Positions 11,366 through 24,210 of a DNA stretch of 64,000 bases are shown here, piece by piece (position 1 is the stretch's first letter; the number at the start of each line of letters is the position of its first letter). The DNA lies in NCBI GenBank assembly GCA_965178125.1, contig OZ237754.1, positions 248,001 to 312,000 of the forward strand. The letters run 5' to 3'. A model generated the notes under the pieces. That model was given only the letters and a program-made list of their open reading frames with translations, searched no databases and was not told the DNA's origin. Made by a program: the position numbers and the translations under genes. The stretch comes from Bilabrum cf. latius. Lineage: Eukaryota.

Positions 11366-14300
11366 TTACCCCCGAGCAGTGCGACGCCCGCCCAAACCTC
11401 GGGCCAGGCCGCCGAGGGGGTTGCTCGACTTGAATGCAGTCAGGTCGAGTTCCTTCTTGGGCTTAGCGTCAGGAGACCCGGCTCCTGATCGTATTTGAGG
11501 CTGCACGGGGGAAGCTGCCTGCTCCGATGCCCTGGCCCTCGCGGCCGCAGCAGCCAGCGGGTTGGATTGATTGAACGTACCACCCGCTAGCGCCATGGCC
11601 GTCTGCTTTCGTGGCTCGGCCACCTTGGCCTTAAAACCAGCTCCTGAAATGGCGGTGGAGCTGCTTTCACCAACAGACGCTGGTCCAGTCGTGGGAAGAC
11701 TCTGCAGCTGGACCGACCTGCTCGAGGCAGCCTTCTTCATGCGCTTCCTTAGCTGTGACCCCTCGTCCTGGTAGGGCCGAACCAGACCACAGCACGAGAG
11801 CGCGGTGCCCTCCTCGTCTAAGATCCGGGTGATGCGCATACAACGGTTGAGACTGTTCAGGAAGAACATGATTCCGATGGCAGACAGGCACACGACGTTG
11901 GCCACCAGCAGGCACGACGTCGCTGCCTCCTTGCCCCACTCCCCCACCGATGGCGAAATCAGGTACAAACCGCAGTACAGCGTCAGGAACTGCGTGCACA
12001 AGCACAGCATCTCGAGCAGATCCAAGGCAGGGTTAGTGTACGGCCACACGCGGGCGTGCAGCCCAGCCGCCACAAAGACCAGCAAGAGAGCGCAGTACGT
12101 CTGCACATCAATGCCGTAAGGCCGCAGGAACACGGAGATCACCGCGATGCCCACCTTGCGCAGAGCCACCACGCTCTCCCAGTATGCCGCCTCAGTCTTG
12201 AACCCCGCGAACAAAAAGTAGAACCTCCTGCCGAACTGTGGATCGTCCAACCGGTCCCGCATGTACCACATGAGCAGGCCAGCCCCTACGGGAACACCAA
12301 CCGAGTACAGCGCAAAGAATGGCATGCCGACAAAGTACTGAGCTGCAAAGCTGAGTCTGCTGTCGCATGTCACGTCCATGTCGTACAGAAGCACGCTGCG
12401 CTGGGGGGCCTGATCCACTGTGAGCATGCTCTCACGATCAGCGCTGATTGCTTGCGTGGTTCCACCTACATCCACGCAGGTAAACAGCCGCAGGGCGGCC
12501 TTGGAAACGGTGGAGTGGATCAAGAAGCCCACCACGATACACGAAACGAGGATCCTATCAACGGTGTGCTCCCAGGTGGACGACTTGGTGCTGATGGCAG
12601 CTGCCCTCACCTTGAGATCGGCGATCTCCACCAGGGAGAACCCGGCTGCCTGCAGCGCCGCCTCGTCCCCGCTAGCCCGGCGCGATTCTTGAAGCAGCTG
12701 CAGGCCGCTAACGCCCTCATAGCTGCCCTTCGTCTCGAATGAGGATCGACTCGGGCCAACGACGCTGTCGGGGACGCTGGCCGTCTCAGCATCCGACAGG
12801 TCGTCCGGCTGCCCCCCTCGGATGCTCTGTGCCACACTCATCGTGATGCTTGGCCTGCGGCCTATGGAGCGGTGTGACGACATGGGCAACAGCGACCCGA
12901 GGTATCTATCAGACTCTGGCTGGTCGAATCGAAACATGGCTGGCTTGCGATCGACGGCCCGAGATGAGGGTTGCCCCGTCTCGAATGAACCCCCGACCGA
13001 GGTTTCCTTCCAACTCCCGTCGCTGGCAACTCGCCTCGTGCTGGGCGGCCTGAGATGGGGCTTCGGCCTGGGGTTCAGCATGCTCTTGCTCTCGACGTGG
13101 AAGCCCGTGGCACTGCCTTCCACAGATTCGCTCGCTGCCCCGTGCACCTGACGAGGGGGCAACGCAATGGAGTCGGTGACAGAGGATGCACTCGGCGAGT
13201 CCTGTCGACTAGATGAGTACCTGGCGCGCATCCTCTCAATGCGGGTACCTTTGGGCGCTGACCTCGCCCTTGATTTCACGGGAGCTCGCATGGCCATCGA
13301 GCGGGAGGACTGCATACGCGCACCCAGACCACCGAATCGCTTCGGTTTCTTGACCTGCGGCTTCAGTTTGCGGGCCTGCGAGCGCCGCAGCATCTCAGCG
13401 ACCAGCCTGCCTCGCCCCGCCTGGTCTACCATCCCCACAACACTGCGAGGCCCGAGCGTCGAGGCACCAATGGATCGGGTGGAAGGCTGCAGCGCCAGCC
13501 CGTTCCTCTTGCTGGAGTGGCCCAGGCCCGCAGACCCCAGCTTCGGGCCAGAGGCGGTCGCTCTGGCCATGGGGTTCATCGTTGAGGTGCTGCCACCTCC
13601 TCCCTGCAGCCCACTCGCCGATTCCCGAATCAGCTTATCTCGATTCGATGATGCATTGCAGCTGCTGATCAGGTACCGCACGTACCAGAATAGCGAGATC
13701 CCGCCAATGAAGAACAGCGGGGCCAGCAGCACCATCCCGGTCTTGAGATAGAATGTCCTCTCCCCAATGATGGAGTCACGGTCAACCAGGCAATCCACCG
13801 AGATCACGTTCGGCGACACGCTCGATGCGGTATCTACAGAGGCAAACAGGGACTCGACGCTGTCAGGCCACTGCAGGTCAAACGAAGAAGCAAGCGCAAT
13901 GGTCTGCAGGTGCGACACCCCAATCTTCATGATCATCACCTCCGGCTTGCCCTCCCTCTCCTTCGTCTTGAGAGTGCGGAGGATCACGAATGCTACGATG
14001 GCCAGCATGAGTAGCACGATCAGCACCATGACCACTATAATGAACGTTCTGTCCGCGCACTCCCTGCAGCGAAAGCTGCCCGTCCTCGTGAATCCCTGCG
14101 AGCACGTCGTGCACAGCAGCCCCTCGTGGCCCTCGTCACACTGCTCCACGGCGTTCGACTAAAGCACCACACCGGGGAGCGCTACAGGAAGAAACGCCTC
14201 AGGCGGCAGGTCGATCCTCCGCAGCAAAGTTTCGGCATCCTGAGCGTCCCCTTCCTCGTTGTCGATCCCGATCTGGGCTGCTTGCAGCAACCGGAACCTT

Positions 14301-17300
14301 GCACCGCTCACCGCTGCACTAGCGTTGAACTAGTCACTGATCGTTTGCTCTTGCCCATACTCCTCGTCGGGAGTCTCGACAATTGCACCTTGCTCGTTGA
14401 GCTCAATCCCCCCACAGCTGGCCTCCTCGGGGCACTCCTGGAACACGAGGCCATGCTCAGACCAGGGCACCCGCCAGTAGCCCTGCAGCGCAGTGACGTT
14501 CTCGTGAGGCAAGCCGGCGCAGAAGGCACCGGGTGGACACTCGGCGCACGTGATGAGCTTAGAGTCGTTCCAATGCGTCTGGAGGAATTCAAACGCCTCG
14601 CATGCTTCGGTGATCTGTGGAGATATCTCTGAGAATGGCCCCGTTCCGGCAGTGTTTTCAGCCGCAATCCTGAACCAGTACGGGACTCGAGCAAATCCAG
14701 GCAAAGTTCTGAAGTACTCGACAATGCCTCTAGTCTAATCAAGGACTTGGAAAGTTGTCTGCCGTACGGGCTGCGAGCCGAGCGAGTTGAACGTCACCCC
14801 GCCGTCGTCACTCGTCTCAATGGCGAAGCTGCTGGCCTCCTCAAAGAACTCTACCTCGAAGTCATCGTCCACGTTGCTGTCGTTGAGGACCTTGTCGGAG
14901 TACAACCATCGCAGGGTGATGGAGCTGTGGGCGCCAGGTGTGCGATACCCAGCGATGTTGAAAGGAAGGTTGAACGGCCTGCTGCCGCCACCTTTGTAGG
15001 CAAACCATCGGTTCCCCTCGCTCGGGTTAGTCTGTCCGGTGCGCGTCTCAATAATGACAGGTAGTCCAACGAGTGCTCTGGAGTCAACCGCAGCTGCATC
15101 CAATAGGGCCTGCGATTTGTCTGGGACTGTGCAGGACAGTGCGGTCCTGCCCTCGAACCCGATCGAGCCACAAGGCAGCCCGCCCACAGTGATATTCTTG
15201 ACGTCGTCACGCGAGTACCCGAAATTGGATCCAAAGATGATGATAGACTCTCCATCGGCGGCGGTCTGAGGCCTCACAGTTTCGATCTTCGGATCGCCAA
15301 CCACCTCAAACACCGAATTGGGCAGAGACAGCTGTCCGCCGGAGGACACCACCACCTGCGAACCCTGCCAAAGAGACGCGTTAACACCATAGCACCGAAT
15401 CTTCGAAGATGAGACCAGAACAGTCGAGTTACACGGGCTACCTCCTACAGATACAAAGTCAACGTCAGCCTGGCTGTGCCCGAAATGCTCCCCAGAGATG
15501 TTGAAGTCTAGGTTCGGCCCGCCAGTAAATGCATAGTCCGGCGAAACTGTGAGAACTTGCGGAGTGTAGTACGAGAACAACCGAGCTGGATCGTTCTCCA
15601 GACCACCACGGGTCGTCACTGCCACATTGACTTCCTTGCCAGCCCCTGGCGGCAGTACCGCGACAATCTCGTCATCCTCGGGGGAAAATGAAAAACTTGC
15701 AGGATATCCTGCAATGCTCACACCAAGAACATCGCCAAGAGCGTTTCCAAAGCTCTGGCCTGAAATCTAGATTGGGATACCCCCGGCATTCGGTCCTTGC
15801 CGTGGCTGCACGATCCGTACCTAGGGTTTGCCCAGCAAATCAATGCCCACACCGCCCACGGTCGTGCTTATCTAATTCCCAACCTGCACCTGCATCCGAA
15901 ACGAACCTGCCGATACGTTTGCGGGCGCGAGATGCTCCAAGACACACTCGATACTGCCCGTGCGTCCAGAGCGATCCACCGACTAAACGGCGCAAGGTAC
16001 CTGTGTCACGCCGCCCCCGGGTCGCGCGGCGGCAAGGGACACGGCTGAGATGTCGCTGTCGACCAGGCCAAAGTTTCTCCCTCGCACCGTCACGCTCTTG
16101 CCAGTCTCTCCGACGAAAAGATACTCCGGCACAACCGCCTCGACAGTGGGTCCTGCATATCTCCAGATCTGTCTGGGCGCGCTCTCGACCCCCGTTCGGA
16201 GACCCACCACCACAGGCTGGTTGGTACCGACACCAGGAGGGGTCAGCACGCTGATCCGGGTGCGGCTCAGCACCCTGAACTGAGGACAGGGCCTGCCTCC
16301 AATCAAGACGTGCTGCACATCTCCCGGCTACGTACCAAAGTTCGTTCCAGCGATGGTTGCGTTCGTGCCCCCCTCCACTGCACCAATATCTGGCTCTATG
16401 GAAGTCACAGAAGGGTTGCCGTACCCCTCAAAGACTGTCGAGAGAACCAGCTGGGACCCATCCGATCGCACCACTCGCACGTCCGAATTGGGCCAGTCCG
16501 CCACACCGTTCAGCTCGCATCGAATACGGGATGATGACTCTACTACTATATTCTCGCAAGGATATTCGCCGAGGGATACGAGAGTGAGCTGCGACACGTC
16601 ATTCGCGAGATCACTTCCTTCTAGACGAACCGACACGTTGCCTACCCCCGGTAGCATGTACGGCGGTTCCACCCTTGTGATTCGCTGTGCCGCGTACGAA
16701 AATAGCACAGGGCGCGAAACTAACCCATCCCGCCGATGCACTCGAACAGGCAGAGACGAGCCTATGCCAGGAGGCACGTCGACTTCAATTGACTGAGAGC
16801 TACGGTATGCCACCCTCGGTGCCTGCTGTGATCCGATAGTCACTCGCAGCACGTCTGCAGGAACAAATCCAAAACCATCGCCTGAGAGCACGAACGAATA
16901 ATTGCCTGTGATAGAATTCACTCCGCCTGGGGCATTACTGACGATAGCTTGCACCGCAGGATCAGGCGCAATCTGCAAAAGGGCCTCTTCCCTCGAAACC
17001 TGATTGCCGATCGCGACCCGGACACGGTCGCTGTCCCATGGCCCCTGAATACCCTCGCAAACCAAGCGCGACTGGTTAATGCGCCGCACGGTAGGGCAAC
17101 GGCGTTGTCCGATCTCTACGAACTCCACATCGTCGAGCTCGTGCCCAAGCTGCTAGCCATCAACCGTTAGATTGTAGCGGATCGTGCCAGAGAGCAACTG
17201 GAACGGAAATACGCTCTCAACCGTTGGGGGTAGGTAGCTGAACAGCTCGTTTGGGACCGATGAGCGACCTCCTCGTGAGCGAATACTCACTGACAGCGCT

Positions 17301-20300
17301 CTTCCCGCACCGCGAGGTGCACTACACTCGACGGTCATGGTTCCGTCTACCTCCCCTCGAGCAATGCTGGTGTTCCCACAACTGGCTCCGCCGATCGTAA
17401 CGTTCAAAATATCCGTTGCATACCTTCCACACTGCCTGCACGATATCATCTGGCGTTGGCTGTCAACCACACCAGACCTTCCTGGGGCGATCGACGAGAC
17501 GATCGGTTGGTCAAACACGGTCATGAGCGGAAGGGACGCCGCTTGCCCGCCGACCAGTCGCACCGTGACTAAACTGGTTAATACGGCGTTCGTTCGCAAC
17601 CCCCTGCATATCAGCTAAGTCCGCGACCTCCACGCGATCGAGGAGCAGTTTGCGTCACCAATCAGCACTTCGTCAATGCTGCCAAGACCAATCCCGAAGC
17701 CCGTGCCGTTGATGACAACATCTACTTTATCATCAGCATCCGCACCTCTAAAGATGTAGTCTGGCTCGATCGACGCGATCGTTGGGTGCTCGTACGACAG
17801 TAGTCGGTTGGGCGGGCTTGCGAGGCCGTATGCGTTCGTGATCTGCACGTCAAGTCCCGCCCCAATGCCAGGGGGAACCTCACAGGTCAGGGTACCGTCA
17901 GCAATGCGACTGGTATCAACCTCCACGCACGGGACCCCACCAACGGTGACCGTGCTCAGATTCGCAGGGCTACTCCCGAACGATGACCCAGATATTATGA
18001 TGAGTGCCTCCCCCACCTAGGGTATCCCGCGGGAGGGCTGCGCGGACAGGACGAGCGGAGACCCAATCACCTGAAATTTAGACTGAGTCGACACCGACTG
18101 GCCGCCGATGGACACCGACACGCGGCCAGAGGCCCAGCCGGACGCATCGAGGTCTCGGCACCGCAGCACTGTCGTTGAAATGACATCGAGCTACTCGCAC
18201 GGCATGCCGCCTATGATGACATCTGGAGGCAAGTCTGACGCATTTCCAGAGGCAAGCGAGCTCCCAGTCACGATGACATCGAGCCTCGTGCTGTTGTCCG
18301 GAGCGGTTAGAACAATTGGAGGCGTGATCATCTGAAGCGCAGGGGGTTCGTAGCTGAACACCGGGGCTTCCCTGGAGGGTTTCCCAACGCTGTTGACTAC
18401 CTCCACGTTCAGTCGGGAACCTACGCCGGCGGGCAGAATGCACCGAAGCAGCCTGTCGCTGACAACAACGACCGAGCCACACTGCCTGCCCCCCACAGTG
18501 ACAGCCTCCACGTCGTCGGGTCGGCCACCGAAACCCAGGCCTTGCACATCTAGAGTCACGCCGCCCCGGGTAGACGACCTCGATGGGCTCACCCCAGTAA
18601 CAATTGGGGCCCGCACAGTCTCAAGCAGCGTGAACGATGCCGTGGCCTGCCCTTCGAGCTCTAGCTCGACAGTAGAGCTGCTCCACGTCGCAGCAGAAAC
18701 ATTGTTGCACCCAATCACGCTCGAGTTGACAACGACGATTTCGCCGCACGGATTCCCGCCGATCGATACTTGCGGCGGGATCAGGGCGAGGCCTTCAGCC
18801 GGTGACTCCGGCGCGGCCAGATGCTGGCCATGCAGCACGAAGTCATAAGACACCGGGCCCGTGAGCACCCTGGTTGGGCTTAAACTGGTAATTGATGGGC
18901 TATCGTAGCTAAACCGTGCTTCCCCCATGCTTGCAGTCCCAAGTGAGTTGTTCAGCTGGAGCGTAAGGTCTCGTCCTGCGCCGGGCGGCACCGTGCAGAC
19001 TACTTGTCTAGAGGAGCGATGAACCACCTGCAAACAGGCCCTGTCTCCAACATGCAAACTAGCGATGTCATGTGGGAAGGACCCGAGGCTCTCCCCAGTG
19101 ATAGTTATGTTGAAGCCACCATCCGTTGGACCACCGGAAGGACCGACCGCCTGCAGGTTTGGCCTTGCATGGCCGATGAAGACCGACTCTGAAACAGCGG
19201 TCTGGTCTCCAACTGCCACAGTCACCTTGTCAGACAGCCAGCCAGCGGTGGCAGGGACGTCAAAGCACCGCAGGAGGGTGCTGTTCACGTGAGACACATT
19301 GCGGCACGTCCGCTCTCCAACCGTGACGACCGGTGGGCCATCGACGCCAGCTCTACCGAATTCGCTTCCGTAGATTGCAAAATCGTAGGTGACGGGCCCC
19401 ATCATTGCATAGGTCGGGTCTGTGCGGGTGATGAACGGCGCTCTGTAGCCTAGAATATCATCTGTCTCGACGACAAGGCCAAGCCTCGTTTCAAGGCGCA
19501 CTGAGGCTTTCTTGCCCACCCCCGGTGGAGAATAGCACCTAACCTCAATCGGCGTTCTCACCGACAAGCCCGTGCACTCTCTCTGGTTGATCGTCACGTT
19601 GACCACGTCATTTGGGGAATCACCAAAGCCAGAGCCGATGAGCTGTACTTGTTTTTCACCGATCGGGTTGTTCAGCCTATGGTACCTGCCCTGCGGATCT
19701 GTAGGAATCAATGCGGGCAGTGCCGTGGAAAGCGTGGGAATCCCGTAGACGGTAAGGAGATTTACACTATTGAACGACTGATCGCCGGCTTGCAGCCGCA
19801 CCGTCGATGAATCCCACTCCACCCCAGTCTGCTGCAAGCCTACGCAGGTGATCTTGCTCGAGCTTTGCACAGAGATGCTGTCGCACGCAATCCCTCCGAT
19901 CTCGACCAAACCAGGCACATCCAGTGAGCTGGCCAAGCTGCTGCCAGTCAGCGACACATCCAGCGTCTGCGTCCCCGCCATCAAGTAGCTGGGGTCTATT
20001 GAGCTCACAACTGGAGCATCGTACCGAAACAGGCCTTCACCTCCAATGCGCATCGAATACACCCGCACTTCAAGTCGCACTAGCTGACCAAATCCTGGCG
20101 GGACCGTGCAGTTCAGTTGAGTTCCATCGGGATTCCTTGTAAAATTTGTGCAAGGACGGCCTCCGATTGTAATTCCGAACACATCAGAGATATTTAGGCC
20201 AAAGTTGCTGCCAATGATCTGCAAAGTGTAGCCCCCGTGGGTCGGTCCCGATCGGGGGAATACCTCAACGATTTCTGGCCCGTCTTGCACGCGAAACGTC

Positions 20301-23300
20301 GGACTCGCCCTCCTCTGACCGGCTACGATGATCACAATATCTCCAGTCGTGTAGCCTGCAGACGCAGCGATTCCTTTGCACAGGAGGGTAGATGAATCAA
20401 TATAGACCACAGACGAACAGTTCTATCCGCCCATAGATACCAAAGATGGGTAAATTCCTGCTGCATCGCTTCCAAAGCCAGAGCCCGTGATCGTATAGTC
20501 AACCACCCCGCTAAGCGGAGCTTCTGGAGGCTGCATCTCGCGAGCAACGGGAGGTTCGAAGGAGAAAAACGAGTTCACAGAGCTCGAGCGACCTACTTTA
20601 TTTGTGACCTTTACCCTCAGGTTCTATCCAGCACCGTCCCCTAGCGTGCACCGAATGCTCTGCAAAACAGACCCGCTGCTGCCTGCGACGAGCTGAGGGC
20701 CGCGACATGCAAATGATCCGATCATGACAGACTATATATCAGACGAGGCTTGACCAAAGGCAGACCCTGATATAGTGACAATGGTTCCCGCGCCAGATGG
20801 ATCAGTGCTGGCAGAGTCCGAAGGATCCACACGTTGCACGATTGGTCGCTCAATGCGCTCTAGGGCCGCAGTCAGGGTAGAAGTGATACCGCCGACTGTG
20901 ATGGAAGCCGACGACCCAGTGCCCGCGGATAGCCTAGCGCTAGTGATATTGCACCGGATTTGTGAGCTAGAGATCCACGTGAGGTCGTTGCACAGCTGAC
21001 CTCCGACCCTGGCAGTCGCACCCGAGAACCTGGGTGCATTCGGAGCCAGTCCCGTCCCTTCGAACATGATTTGGTGTGTCCCGCCGTCATGAATCAAGGC
21101 GTAGGACGGATTCAGGCGAGTCAGGACTGGGGACACATACGAGACGGTCACGATGGAGGCATTTGATACCTAGTCTCCGGCCCGTACCTTAACAGCCAGG
21201 TCCTTGCCCACACTCGGGGCAGCTGTGCATCGGAGCTGGCTTCCACTCAGAGCTACTGTGCTTGCACAGGGGACGTCGCCAATGAGCACCTAGGGCGTGC
21301 CCTCCTGGCCTCCGAAGCTCTCTGCATCGACAAGCACGAAGTCGCCGCCCGACTGCCGCAGCAGAGTCTGGGTGCCAACGATATCCACATCTGAAATGGT
21401 GGGATACTTGTAGCCGATCATCAGAGATGACTGTGGCTCCACCTCATCGTACCCAGAAGCAAGTCGGAAGGACTTCAGCGACCCCACCCCGATGGGCATC
21501 ACGACAGATAGCGTCGTGTCGCTTTCGCGTATGATGACCTGGGAACTAAGCTGAGCCGTCCCCCAGAGCGCGACTGGGACTGCACCAGTCGTACCAAAGT
21601 CAGTGCCTCGCACTACGATGGTGGATGCAGCACCCTCCGCAGGCAGTCGGATGGCGGCGGAGGCACTTGCAAAGTAGGACGACCCATCGAAATCAATGCT
21701 GCTGATGATCGGCGCGCTGACGTTGAACACGGAAGCCGTGCCCCCTGCCTGCACCCAGCTGCTCGATGCCAGGCCCAGGTTGTGCCAGCTCTCGTCCGCA
21801 GAACTGTCCACGGTCTTCAGGAGCTATCTTGAGTCGAGGCTGCCGCCCGGGCCAGAGGTCGACGTCTGCCCGCCCACAGTCACCGACACGTGGCCCAGCG
21901 CGCCCACGCCTGCAGGGGTCGAGCACTCCAGCTTGCGGTCGCTATTTCGCACGATCGATGTACAGGCGCTCCCGCCCACGCTCACAGATATGTCGCTTGC
22001 GCCCACCGCCACGGCGCTGCTCCCGCTCCACTTGGTCGAACCGAAATTCAGGCCAAGCACGGTCAGCGTCTGCCCGCCCGCCGCATTCCACCCCTTTCCC
22101 TGGGACGGGCTGTGCCCCGAGGGCAGGCTCACGGCGTGCACCTCTGGTTTGGCGTAGGCGAACGGTGACCCAGACACCGTGGCTGAGCGACTTCCGATCG
22201 AGACAGACACCGCGAGACCAGTCCCGATGCCGTCCGGAACTACACAGTCGAGCTGAGTGTCGCTGACGACTGCAGTGCTGACGCACGGCCTGCCCCCAAT
22301 CTTGGCCGTGACCAGCGCGGAGTTGCTGGAGCTGCCAAAGTGCTTGCCATTGACCCTGACCTTGTACTGGAGGGCGTCATCCAGCCTGCCGGTGGTGGCG
22401 TTGGCCCACCGCCGCTGCAGCGCCTGGGAGGTAGACCAGGACGTGGCCTCCGGGGCCTTATAGTTGAACGAACCATCTACACTATAGGTTCGAGAGCCGA
22501 CCTTGAGCACGACCGCAACGCCAGTACCGACGCCAGCCGGGATGGTGCAGGTCAGGTCAGCTTGAATCGCTTCGCTCGAAGGACCCCGTATGTTGGTCCA
22601 GCTCGGCGACCCACAAGCTCTCCCCCCAATCGTCACCGACTTGCTTGACGACGTGTCAATTAAAATTCCCGACTGGACCTGCGCCTGGTGCCTGATTGTG
22701 ACCGTCTCCCCGCCTGCCGCGTTGAAGCTCTGGGCGCTCACAAGAGAAGTCTTGCCGTCGGTGCACACCGTCTAGGCGTTCAGGATAGCGTCATCAGCGG
22801 AGGCAGGCGTTGAAATCGAAGTGGATTTAGCTGCGTTTTGCAGCAGGACTCCGCCCTTTTGCGCCGTGCAGGAGGTCCCGCATCCGCAGGATGAGCCGCA
22901 CTTGTGCAGCCCGCTCCTGACGTCCACGCTGCTGTTGTCGTACACTACGACTGCATTGCCAGACCCGCTGCTCCGGGCAAACTCGACTACACCTCCTCCC
23001 CCGGCACCAGTCTACGGCTTGCTGGATGCTCCACCGGAAAACGTGCCGGATGGGTGGTCGGATTCGTCGATGCCCCCCCTTGCCTGCAGCACGGCCGCCT
23101 TGCTGACGATGATCTTGCTGCCGCCCTTGGCTTTGAGCCGGATCATGCCGCCGGCACCACCTCCGCCCAGGCCGGGCAACGATGTGCTGGCACCGTCCAT
23201 GTTGATGGTCGTCTTCCCCAGCACTAGATCTCCGCTCTCGGCCACCAGCTCGATGGCACCACCGCCCGCACCTCCGTGAGAAGGGGTGCACATGGCCTCC

Positions 23301-24076
23301 GTAAACAGGCCTTCGTGCACTTCATCGCAAATAAAGAAGAAGCATTCTCTCCTCCGGACGCCGCCAGAACCTGCGCCCCCGCCACCACCCCCAGCTAAGC
23401 TAGAACCAGGGGAAGTCCCAAATGCATTGCCAGCACTGGCGCTGAGCGCATTTCCACCCTTGCCGTAGTGCGAGCCTCCTGCACCTCCCGGCCAAAAACC
23501 TTGCAAATCTGAATATCGTTGGCTGTTCCACGGAGCAGCCTCCGATACTGATCCAGATGGGCCGCCGGCAGCGTTCGTATCGTCGATGTCTCTAGCTTTC
23601 ACGCCTTTCAAGGAGTCCTCATCTGAATACATACCTGCAATGCCCCCGTTGTATCCACCAATGCGACCAACATGGAACGATTTATAGGATTGGCCGTGGC
23701 ACAAAATCTTTTTGTCGTCGGCCGAAACCGTCACTGTGCGGCTGCCTGGAGAAGCGTCCAGAATTCCGCCATTGATCGTCGTCCCCTTCCTGGAAATCAG
23801 ACGCAGTGGCCGTGTGCCTGATAAGCTCACAGATACACTGCCATCAATAACGATGTAATCGAACGTGAACTGTGCCACTCCGCCGACAACAGTTCCATCA
23901 GCGCAAATGTTCGAGCTGCAAAGCTTCGGGGTACTTCCGGACGTAGAGACTGTCATTGAATCTGAGGAAGAGCAACAAAAGATAGATTTTTTATCCCTCG
24001 GCAAGCATGCAGACCTGACTGAAGGGCTGGCCACGACCAGTGCGGCAGCAAGACACACCAAACGTGAAGACGTCAT
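11366..24076 (-). CDS. Giant cell-surface receptor-like protein, copy A: signal peptide, Gly-rich domain, roughly 25-30 IPT/TIG repeats, FN3-like and Cys-rich domains, multi-pass TM C-terminus; ~4236 aa with TAG=Gln
   Basis: Twelve track ORFs from 24115 to 11366 share one frame. The gaps read through with 20 TAG and no TAA or TGA. Signal peptide MTSSRLVCLAAALVVASPSVRS. Repeated IPT motifs (P...GG..I.I.G.NFG...V.IGG..C....CT.P.G.G...V.V.GQ). CAECPPGAFC Cys-rich motif. TM motifs YWESVVALRK and VWPY...LLE. Ends at TAA 11366-11368. An alternative upstream ATG lies at 24115. Confidence 0.9.
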
Positions 24077-24210
24077 GGTATTGCTGCCGTACCTGATCCT
24101 GCTTTCCAACCCCATGTTCCAACTGAAACAGCAAAATATGCACTACGTTGGTAGATTTAAACCGATCTATCTCGCATGAGGCGAAGAAACGCCGACTGCA
24201 AGGGCGTAAA

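Noticed and set aside
11366-11368. Ciliate-type code (UAA and UAG both Gln)
   Set aside because: No in-frame TAA against about 110 TAG, although CAA is commonly used. TAA appears only at two gene ends. A genome-wide check is still needed.
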